From Prorocentrum cordatum (Eukaryota), in contig CAUYUJ010000124.1 of the NCBI GenBank assembly GCA_963575745.1, positions 1 through 64,000 on the forward strand: a stretch of 64,000 nucleotides of DNA, written 5' to 3'. The position numbers and the translations under genes were made by a program. Below are positions 53,318 through 64,000 of this stretch, piece by piece. The first letter of the stretch is position 1; every line of letters begins with the position of its first letter. The notes beneath the pieces were generated by a model that did not search any database, was not told the DNA's origin, and worked only from the letters and a program-made list of their open reading frames with translations.

Positions 53318-54039
53318 GTGCGTGTTCCTGCTGCCCTTCGCCGGGGCCAGTCGGCAGCCAGCAGTCTGGCGCGCGTGCGTTCTCAGGGAATGGCGGCAGA
53401 AGTGCTGTGCGCACTGCGCCGTCGCTCATATCAGCCACGTCGGGACACCTAGGAATATGCAAGAACCGATGGGCCAGAGAAATTAAACCATCGCTTTCCT
53501 GCCCAGAACTCCAATTACACCTCACTAAACGCTAACGACGGGGAACGCATCTGCAGCCTCGCCGTTCCAGTCAACGCAAAAGGATAAACATAGCAAGCGA
53601 ACGGGGACACCAAGGCCGAAGAAACCCACAAGAAGAAAATGTGAATGAGGACACTAGTGGCAGCGAGGATGCCAAGACGAAGAACAACCCACAACTATTG
53701 CAACAACATCTGGCCAGACCCCAGCGGGCGACAGTTCACACAATTAATGCTAGGTGCGTTGGCGCAGATGTTGCGTGACCAAGCGGTCCTCCATAACGAC
53801 GAAATTGCTGCAGCCAAACAGCACGGAGAGCCGCACGCAGACTTGAACAAAGAGTCGAATGGAAGGGCACCATTTCTAAAAAGGGAATGGCATTTTTGTT
53901 CTCTGCGTGCACCGATTCAAAGAGCCAAAATAACAACCTCTTTGTACAATATGTACAAAGATGTATGCTCATCTGCAAATCCTTGAGAAGCTCATGAGAA
54001 ACCATTCCGTTTGCTTTTGCACATGTTGAGTACCTCCTT

Positions 54040-54804
54040 CTCTCTGCTTCCGTCTGTCTCTCCCTCTCTCTCCCTCTCTTCGCATCTCTCTCTCTCTCTC
54101 TCTCCCTCTCTCCCTCTTTGCCCCTACTTCCTCTGTCCATTCCTTGCTGAATTCCTTGAGTCTTTACCTCTGGGCTTATTTCCGCTTTCGTCCCCTCCCT
54201 CCCTCCCTCGCAGCCTCCCTGCCTCCCCACATTACTTCCGTCCTTCCTGCATTCCTTCCTTCCTTCCTTACTCTCCGCCTTTCTTCCATAATCCTGTCTG
54301 TCATGCCTCCCTGGCTTAGTTTGTTTCTTTAGCTCCAACCCTTATTCCGCTAATTTGTCAATTAGTTCCGACTGCACTGTTACTCTTGCAACGAACATGT
54401 TTGGAAAATATCAACGCTTCTGTGTATATGCATGTCCCTGTACATGTAAGAAGAATTGCTGTATCACTGATGTATGTATGCAAGCACGACAAGCTCGCTC
54501 ACGTACGTCTGTGGGCACTTCTCCAGCGAAGTATGTATTAGAAATGAAAATGGTTCCTTCCTTCTTTCTTTTCGTCGCCCTCTCTCTCTCTCTCTCTATC
54601 CCTTCCTCCATCCCTCGTTATCTTTCTCTCTCTCTCTCTCTCTCTCCCTATCTCTCTTTCTCACTCTTTCTATCGCTCTTTCTCTCTCTCTCTCTCTCCC
54701 TCTTTATGTACGTATGTATCCCCAGAATGTTTCTCTATCTCTCTCTCTCTCTCCCTCTCTCCTAATACATCTATTATTCACTTTTTCTCTCTCTCTTTCT
54801 CTTT

Positions 54805-54842
<38 letters not shown>

Positions 54843-54868
54843 GTCCCTCTATGTACACATGTATCGCC

Positions 54869-54899
<31 letters not shown>

Positions 54900-57010
54900 A
54901 CCCTCGCTGTACTTCACAATCAACTGCAACACAAATAACAAAAACTAATCCAGCACAAATTGAGATGTGCGGCCAAGCCTATAAAAAAAATGAACAGAAA
55001 AGGACAAAACGCCAACACAAAGACCAAGAAACAAACATAAGAAATACCAAAAATAACCACAAAAAAAAATAATAACCACTCAAACAGAACAAAAAACAAA
55101 AAAAAAAAAACCATGTCAAGCCAAAGAAAATAATGAACCATAAGGACAATAACACGCCAAGGAAAATAATAAAAAAAAAAACATAGTAACAAAGTAAGCC
55201 AAACCAGGGCGGCCTGGCAGGACGACCCAAGCCGCCCAGAAGCCCCTGGACTTGCCAACCAGGCCCCACTAAGGTCCCCAAGAGACTTCCAAGACAGCCA
55301 AGAACGCGGAACAAAAAAACACCAAAGACAAATACAAAATAGACAAAACAATAAAAAAATAAATTAGACAATAAAAAATCACAGAAAAAACATACAACAA
55401 AAACCAAAAAGGAATCAAAAATAAAAAAAACTTAAAAAAGACATATAAAAAAAAGTAAACAGCCCAAGAAAAAGACAGTCCCAAAATGGCCGCGGAACAA
55501 ACCCGCAGGCCGACATGACTGACGGCCCAAGGTGGCCGAAGAGGACCCCCCAAGAGACCGGCAACGCACAAACACACGTGTTACGAAAGCTGCTCGCCGT
55601 CTCCCCCTTTAGAGCTTCCAAGACGGCCCTAAAGGTCCCTCACATCGCCCAAAGATGGCCGAAATGGAAGTAAAGATGGCCCCAAGAGGAACTCTGTACG
55701 GCCGTAAAGAGGCCCATTACAGCTGAAGAGGGCCCCAGACAGCCGAATGCATTCTGCTACGTCGCTGTCGAAGAAGCCGAGGTAGTAAAGCCACAGATGC
55801 ATTCATGTTATATACATATATAGATACGCAGATGAAGTTATGACTACATAGTGTGTAATATAGGCGGATTTTGTTTACCCCCCCCCCCCCCCCAAAAAAA
55901 AAAAAAATGCGATGATCCAATATAATAGAACTCCCTTTGCTACAAAAGGAAAAACGCATGTTCTTAAGAAAGCATAGACGGCACGACACTGGAAAACAAC
56001 ACATCCTAACACACTAAAATAGAATATGGCATGATGTCTCATATGATATACTGCGCCATAGTAAGATATGGCAATGTATTAGAAAGTGCAATGTGAATCA
56101 TAAATGTTGTGGTATGACGCAAGACAATAGGTTATACTTTTGTGTATGCCTATACGATATGGCATGCAATGAATGACAATAACGGAATATGATATACTAT
56201 CATGTACCATGATACAACCTGCTATCAGATGCTGTATGCATTGACAAGGTGTACTGAAATACAAGACAGACACAAATTGAGCAGGAAACTCATAATATGA
56301 GGATATATATGTATAGATATGCATATGTGCATTATGTATATAATAACAAAGTGTAACATACGATGACACGATATTTACCCAAAGTAAGATCGAAGATTGC
56401 GTACAAGTAATTCGTATGCCATAAAATGATACAGCCATCTATGGTATAGAATAATAGACTGGGGTATGCTCGAGTAATATATAATGTGCTATTAAACTGT
56501 GTACTAGATCCGATAAGCATGTGTATGTAAAAATTAGCACGACTATATCACACAATAAAGACCACAAAACGATTGCACTATACACAAAAACAATACAATA
56601 TGACATGGTTGTATAGGTTATAGTACTGCATGGTACGTGATAGTTGCACAGGGTCATATTCCAAATGCACTATACAGCAACACTTTATTGACTGAAACAA
56701 GAGACAGGAATAAGAATTATGGGAGATACTAAAAAAATGACATGCTGAGATGGGCTTTAAAAATCAAAAGCGATGAACTCATAGCGTGAAGTATGAATTG
56801 CAAAATATGGTAAGATTACGCCATATAAGATCATCCCAAGGGGCATATATGTATATACATACATACATACACACGGACATTGTAGAATACAGCTATCTGT
56901 ATTTATACACACACGTATACGCTAACACATATGTACAAATACACATAAATGCGTACATACCAGCAAACATATCTACATTTATACAAATATACTTGCACAC
57001 ATATGCTGAA
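54040..57010. repeat. Low-complexity block: (CT)n patches, A-rich tract (54935-55480), AT-rich degenerate repeat (55800-57010)
   Basis: Direct inspection; sharp drop in GC. Confidence 0.8.
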
Positions 57011-57649
57011 CTGCGTTTGGTTGATCTTGGTCGTATTGGGGGGATCTTCAGGGACCTCTCATGGCCTTCCCGTGCCGCCTCGGGCCCTCACGGAGCGCCC
57101 TTCACTGCTCACTGCGTTTCGCTGGATGTGCTGACACTGCGTGGGGGCACCAATCTTCGGATAACGAAATTAAATCATTGTATGATAACCACTATCTCGG
57201 GAATAAAAAGAACCCCCTTTAGTGAGTGAAAACGACCTGGGGCCCAAACCTGGCGGGCGCAAGTCTGGAACACGACGGCCCCGGCGCCCTTCCGAGGACC
57301 GAAAACGGACAATTTTGCAACCGACGCGTCGGCGCGGGGGCACTGTCCACCCCCGACCATCTGGGGCCGCTTGGAGACCTTCCTGGTAATCACGCGCCCC
57401 CTTCGCCCTGTCTCAGGCCCCCATGGGGGCAGACGCACAGCACCGCGTGCCCTGCGGGGACGGTGGTGGGCCTCCCTCTCCGGGCTGCCTGCAGCCCTCT
57501 CGGGGAGCCGCGCGGCCGGTTCTCCGAGCCTTCGCGGGGCCATCCTGGGCCGTTTTGTCGGCCCCCTTTGGGGCCTTCTTGGGCCCTCTCGTCGTTCCCT
57601 GAAGCCGTCTGGAGAGCGGGAATGAGATCGAAGATGGGGCGGAAAAAAG

Positions 57650-57802
57650 ATTAGAGCTCGAATGAATGTTCCAATTTCGAGAAATCGAGTTTACAGCGAG
57701 CAAAAGTATGCAGAACTTCCGTCGAGATTCTTTTGCCAACTAGCCCCCTAGCGCGCCGGAATGACTCTTCTAGCTTCGCCGCTACCGCTCTTAGGGTAGC
57801 TC
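57650..57802 (-). repeat. Inverted copy of the head of the ~175-bp-unit element
   Basis: Its reverse complement gagctaccctaagagcggtagcggcgaagctagaagag...ggctagttggcaaaa..tctcgacggaagtt matches 61063-61210 and 63828-63985. Confidence 0.85.
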
Positions 57803-58469
57803 AACGAGGCATGTCTGGTGAGCGTCGGGGGCAGCGGTAGGCGGGCACTCTGCCCAGGTCGCATCAAACCTCCCCGCAGCGTCGTTTCCAAGATCACCGA
57901 AGCGTTTTTTCTGAGTTTTCCCAGCGCCTCGAAACTCGCTTGAACGCGCGCGACGACCACCATGCTCGTTTGTGTGAGTGCCTCTCGCTATCCGGGTTTT
58001 GGACGCTCACAGCTTCCCGGGTAGCTCCTTGTGAGCTGTGAGCTGAGAAGGGCTTCAGAGAAGAAGCTGGCGTGGTGGCTGGCTGGGCTGGACGCAAGCG
58101 CTTGCCGGTCAACGATTATCGCAGCGAGTCGCCGGAACTTGCAGAGCGTCCCGGAGCGCCTTGCAGCACGTCAAGCGCGCTTCGCAGCGCTTCAGGCACG
58201 CTTCGAAGCGTCGCTGGAAACGCTTCAAGCGCCCTTCGCAGCTGTTCAGGCACGTTTCGAAGCGTCGCTGGAACCGGTTCAAGCACGCGTCGCAGCGCAT
58301 TACGCACGCGTAACGGCGTCGCTTCACGTGTGCGCCAGAACGTTCCACGCGCGCTTTGGGCGCTGCCACGCTCGCTTACACGCGCGATTTGCTCGCTTCT
58401 GCGCACGATTAACGCGCGGCCTAGAGGGGGAGACCCTATATGGGCGCGAAGGGTTTCAATACGCTGACT

Positions 58470-59425
58470 TTCAAAATAACTTTGAAAGAGACTTTGACTT
58501 CGAAATACTTTGAAATGTCGTTGAAGTTAAAGTGAAAGTTGAGGTCGACTTTGACTTTGAATGGGTTGCAGCGTGGGTTTCAAAGTCAAAGTGAAAGTCG
58601 ATATCGAATCTTGGCTTTGGGTTTCAAAGTCAAAGTGAAAGGTGACCTGGCCGGAGCCTGAGCCGGAGCCGGAGAGGAGTCGCAGCCGAGGCCAGAGCCG
58701 GAGCCGAAGCCAAACGAACTCAAACTTTTCCTCTCATACCGGAATGGAGGACTGAATCGGTCAGAAGTACCGGCGACCGCTGATCGCACTCTGCGGTATC
58801 GGGGATGGAACAGAAATGGACAACAACGAAGAAAGTGCATTGTGTGCCGAAGTTGAGTTTTTCGCGGTGACTTCCTTTGAGGCCGCGACTGCGGCTGGCC
58901 GCGGCTGCAGTCGCATCCGCAGCCGGGAGCGGGGAACTGATCCTCATTTTTTTGTTTGAAATGATCTTCGCAGTCGTGACTGCCGTCACGGCTGGGTAGG
59001 CGGTGGTTTCTTCTCCCAGCTAAGGCTGCAGGCGCGGCTGCGGCGGCGGCTGGGAGGGGGAAACTACCGCGATTTTTTCGCGGTGGTTTTCCTTGTCCAG
59101 TCGCGGCCGCGGTTGCGGTCGGGGCTGCGGCTGCGGCCGCGGCTGGGAGGGGAAACCATCGCGAATTCTTCGCGGTGCTTTTCCTCTCCCGGCTGCGGCC
59201 GCGGCCGCGGTCGGGGTTGCAGCTGCGGCCGCGGCTGGGAGCCGCGCCTGACTTCAAGGCTTCGCCGAAAGTCAAAGTGAAAGTGGTGCCCACTTTGACT
59301 TTGGGTTTCAATTGGGTTTCAAAGTGACCTTGAATGTCAAAGTCAAAGTCGACGGGCTCGACTTTGACTTTGACTTTGTTCGACCCCCCCCCGGGCGAGC
59401 TCCGGACTTTGCCTTTGACTTTCGC
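58470..59425. repeat. Element bounded by clusters of CAAAGT/ACTTTG inverted hexamers
   Basis: Clusters at 58470-58645 and 59268-59425 around a GCGGCC/GCGGCT-rich core. A perfect 17-bp stem lies at 59336-59374. Confidence 0.7.
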
Positions 59426-59589
59426 CCTAACTTAAAATTCGCTTGAAAATGCAAAATCTAGAAAGTCTCGCGCCCTCCTCGGGAGGCCCTTAAGCGCGCG
59501 GCCCCGGGGCAAAAAAACCCAGAGTTCGCGGCCCGGGGAACGAGAGCCAGTTGGCCACCCGGCCCGGACAGTGACTCGTAGATAAGCTA

Positions 59590-62500
59590 AACAATAATTC
59601 TGGCGCGCCGGGAGCAAAACAAACTCGACGGAAGTTATTGTGCTCGGTTTAAATTCGATTTCTCGGAATTTGAGCTTCGTGAGAGCTCTAGTCTTTTGTT
59701 CCCCATTATCGTCCATATTCTTGCTCGCTATCTGAATATCAGGTGATTCGGGTACATATTACAATCAAAAAGCATTTCGGCGGGATCGGCTGTTTAGTGT
59801 TGTCTTGGCAGGTGCTGTCGGTTTCCTTTACTCGAGCTGCAGGAGAGCTACAGAGCTGGGAGGCGCACCTAATCCATCCAGAATTGTTAGGCGTGTCAGT
59901 CTCAAGTATCTAGATGTCTGAACTGGGTCTGTTACCAGAGCTGGGTTCGCGAAACTATTCGTACTCTGCTTTTTTGGAGGTGATGATGAGCTTCTTGCTT
60001 CAACTCGAGCTGCAGATGGGCTACAGGGCTGATTGGCACAGCAATCGGGAGAACATCATCAGGCGCGCTAGTCTAGAGTATCTAGATGTCTGAACTCGGT
60101 CTGCTACCAGAGCTGGATCTGGAAAACTACAGTACTATGCTATGTTTTAGAGATGGTGATCACTTTCTTGCCTGATCTCGAGCTGGAGATGAGCTACAAA
60201 GCTATTTGGCGCACCAATTGAATCACACCCATCCAGAGCGCTAGTCTCGAGTATTTAGATGCCCGAACTCGTCTGCTACAAGGGCTGGGTCTGCAAACAC
60301 TATTCGTACTCTGCTAATTTGCAGAGATGATGATGATGACTTGCTCGATGCAACTCCAGCTGCAGATTGCACGCAGAGCTGTCGGGCACAGCAATCGAAA
60401 ACAAGACGCGCTAGTCTCGCATCTAGGCCCGAACTCGGTCTGCTACCAGAGCTGGGTCCGAACAACTACTCGTACTCTGCAAAATTTAAAGAGAGATGAT
60501 GGTAACTTTCTTCATCTAACTAGAGCTGCAGATAAGCTACAAAGCAGTTGGGCACAGCAATCGGAATCAAATCATCAGACGCGCTATTCTCAAGTATCTA
60601 GATGCCCGAACTCGCTCCACTTTAAGAGTTGGAACCAGAAAACTATTCGTGCTATACTTTTTTCTTTTATACATATATATTTATATAGGAGGATGCCTTT
60701 CTTGATCCCCCCCCTCCTTCCTCGTGGAATGCGGGCGCGGCTATCTCGAAGAGGACTGGGGGAGGAGTGGGGGGGAAGGAGATTGAGGAGGGCGAAGAAG
60801 AGAGGAAAAAGGAGGAGGGGGAGCAGAAGGAGGAGAAGCTCTACGAGTTCCCGGCGGCAACCAAGGTTGATCGTTTACCGCGGGCTCCGAGTGCAATGAC
60901 CTGGCGTCGGTTTTTGGAAGATTGTGAGAGGTTCGAACATTCGTTTTGGGAATCCAGATCTTTATTCTCTGAAGTCGAGTATGGCGCGCTCAATGGTGCA
61001 ATTCCTAGGGCTGTAGGTGCAATATTTCGATCAAAAGACGAGGGGGAACCCACGTGACTCGAAGAGCTTCCCTAGGAGCGTTAACGGCGAAGCTAGAAGA
61101 GTAATTCCGGCCCGCTGGGGGGCTAGTTGGCAAAACAGTCTCGACGGAAGTTTTGCATAATTTAGCTCGGTTTCAATTCAAGTTCTGTCGAAATTCAAGA
61201 GATCGTTAGCTCTAGTAGTTTTTCTTCTCATATTCGATATTATTCCAGCTCGCCATCTCAACGTCAGATCGATCGGGTACCTATTACTGCCAAAAAGCAT
61301 TCCGGCGGGATCGGCTGTTTAGTGTCATCTTGACAGGTGCTTTCGGTATGCTTAACTTAACTCGAGCTGTAGAAGAGCTACAGAGCTGTTCGGCACAGCA
61401 ATCGAAAGATAATCATGAGGCGCACTAGTCCCAAGTATTTAGATGCCTGAACTCGGTAAGCTGCCAGAGCTGGGTCTGAAGAACTATTCGTACTCTGCTA
61501 ATATTTCCAGAGACGATGATGAGTTGCCTGATGCAACTCGAGCTGCAGATGAGCTGCAGAGATGTTCGGTACAGCGATCGAAAGAGAATCATATGGAGCG
61601 CTCTGCTGAAGTATCTAGATGCCCGAACTCGGTGTGCTACCACAGCCAGGTCCTAAAACCTATTCGTACTCTGCTTTCTTCAACAATGAAGATGCTTTCC
61701 TTCATGTAACTCGAGCTGCAGCTAAGATACAGAACTGTTTGGCACAACGATCGGAATAAAAAAAAAAATCAGGGGCGCCTTTCAAAGTATCTAGATGCCC
61801 GAACTCGGTCTGCTACCGATGCTGGGTCCGAACAACTATCCGTACTCTGCTAATTTTTCAGAGCTCATCATGAGTTTATGGATGCAACTCGAGCTGTAGA
61901 TGAGCTACAGAGATGCGCGGCAAAGCAATCGAAAGAAATTCATCAGACGCGCTAGTTTCGAGTATCTAGATGCCCAAAATCGGACTGCTTCCAGAGCTGG
62001 TGCCAAGAAACTACTCGTACCCTACTAATCGTTCCTCTGTTCCCTCTCCACCCTTCCCCCTTCTGCTCGTCATGCTGCTCTTCTGACGTCCCCTCGTTCT
62101 CCTCTGCCTGCTCCTTTTTCTCTTCCCCCTTCTCTTCCTCGGTCTCCTCCATCTCTTTCTCCTCCTCACTCCTTCTTTACCTCCACGTCCTCCGCCATGA
62201 AACCGCACCCTCGCGCGCGCGGAATGCAAGATTGTTGCACCCGCACTCCACGAGGAAGCTCTGCGAGTTCCCGGCGGTCACCAAGGTTGACGGTTTACCG
62301 CCGGCCCCCAGTCGTGTAAACCCCGAAAATACATATGTCAGTTTTCAAGCTGACACTAAAAATCGCACTTCCCTTGTTTTCTGGGCACTGATTTGGTGCG
62401 CTGAAAACTCTACGAGGGTCCCGGCGGTTACCTGGTTGACGGTTCAACCGCCGGCTCCCAGTTCCGGCGCGCTGGGAGGCTAGTAGGCAAAAAAATCTAG

Positions 62501-64000
62501 ACGGAAGTTTTGTCTTTCCCTGACTTGTTGAATTTATATTCGCTCTTATTCCTGCTCTCCATCTTAATATCAGGTCGATCGGGTACATATCATTGTCAAA
62601 AAGCATGTGGGCGCGATCGGCTGTTTAGTGTCATCCTGACAGGTGCCGTCGGTTTTCTGAACTTAACTCGACCTGTAGAAGAGCTACAGAGCTGGCAGGC
62701 ACACCTAATCTATCTAGAATCATCGGGCGCGTTAGTCTCAAGTATCTAGATGTCCGAACTCGGTATGCTGCCAGAGCTGAGTCCGAAAACTTACTCGTAC
62801 TCTGCTGTTTTATTTTTTCAGATGATGATGAGCTTCTTGATGTTAGTCGAGCATCAGATGAGCTACAGAGCTGTTCGGCACAGCATCGAGGAAATCATCA
62901 TACGCGCTAGTTTCGAGTATCTAGATGCCCTAACTCGGTCGGCTACCAGACCTGGATTCGAAATATGTGTATAAATATGTATATATGTGTGTACGAATAT
63001 ATAATAAAAATGTCTATACTTATATTACTATATGTATGTATATGTGTATATATATTATTTTTATATATATAGAAGAAATTGGAAAACATATATGAATAAA
63101 AAATAATGATAATAATTGCAATAATGAGTACTCTGCTAATTATCTAAGATCTCATGATGACTTTCTTGAGATAACTCGACCTGCAGATGAGCTACAGAGC
63201 TGTTTGGCACAGCAATCGACAGGAAATCATGGGAAGCGCTAGTCTCGAGTATCTAGATGCCCGAACTCGGTTCGCTCCCAGAGTTGGAACCAACTCCTGC
63301 TTCCCGTCCTCTTCCTTCTCCTTCTTCTCCTCCTCCTCGTCCTTCTTCATCTGCTTCTTTTCCTCTTTCCCCTCCTGCTCCTTCTTCCTTCTCCTCCTCC
63401 TCATTCTTCTCTTCATCATCATCATCGTCCCTCTTCTCTCCCTCTCCATCCTTCCCCCCCTGCTAGTCATTATCCTCTTCCTCTTCCCCCTCCTTTTCCT
63501 TCGCCTGCTGCTTTGCCTTATCATCTTTCTCTTCCTCAGTCTTCTCCTTTTTCTTATTTTGTTTACTTTCTTTCTCTTCTCCACGCCCTCCTCCATGAAA
63601 CCGCACCCTCGCGCGCGCGGAACGCGAGACTGCCGCGCCCGCATTCCACGAGGAAGCTCTACGAGTTCCTGGCGGTAACCAAGGTTGACGGTTCACCGCC
63701 GGCCCCCAGTTCGGCGCGCCGAGCTTCGTGGCCTCATAGGAGCTTCACCGAAAGCGGCACCCATAATACGGCACCCGCAACTGCATGGTTCGGTTCGTCG
63801 TCAGGCTAATTTTCCCATACATGACTAGAGCTTCCCTAAGAGCGTTAGCGGCGAAGCTGGAGAGAAATTCTGGCGCGCTGGGGGGCTAGTTGGCAAAACA
63901 GATATCGACGGAAGTTCTGTCTTTTTTTGGACCTGTTTAAATCGAATTTTCTCAAAATTCAACTGGTCGTTAGAGCTCTAACAATTTTTCTCCTCATATT
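59590..64000 (+). mobile_element. Head-to-tail cluster of non-autonomous elements with internal ~175-bp tandem units
   Basis: Copies at about 59590-60890, 61063-62312, 62460-63712 and 63828-end. Unit: aactcgagctgcagatgagctacagagct...ctagtctcgagtatctagatgcccgaactcgg...tcgtactctgct. Each complete copy ends in a ccggcggt..accgccgg-type hairpin. Confidence 0.8.

Noticed and set aside
55800..57010. AT-rich island as organellar or horizontally acquired DNA
   Set aside because: It has degenerate ATA/TAT-type periodicity and no credible coding signal.

Overview
Eukaryotic, GC-rich and extremely repeat-dense DNA, most likely a dinoflagellate and plausibly Prorocentrum. This is an inference from a 19/22 match to the dinoflagellate spliced leader, decayed 'QRALALL...EPD.ISYSA' PPR motifs and the repeat style. 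No intact protein-coding gene is visible, and most ORF-track entries are microsatellite or minisatellite artefacts. Contents in order: (1) a decayed DIRS-like (tyrosine-recombinase class) retrotransposon with gag, RT and RNase H on the minus strand (~1.0-6.6 kb). (2) Two ~175-bp TA-flanked MITEs, (CCT)n/(CAT)n fields and two copies of an element carrying an 82-bp repeat. (3) The most striking structure: a ~22-kb polarised array (26.5-48.2 kb) of 14 non-coding cassettes with conserved ends and modular or variable middles, each separated by a (CAA)n tract. A 15th copy sits inverted in an internal (TTG) run of another cassette. One cassette carries a spliced-leader relic and another a decayed PPR fragment. 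(4) A few short candidate + strand exons. (5) A head-to-tail cluster of elements built from ~175-bp units (59.6-64 kb). Coordinates of degenerate repeats are approximate and read by eye.
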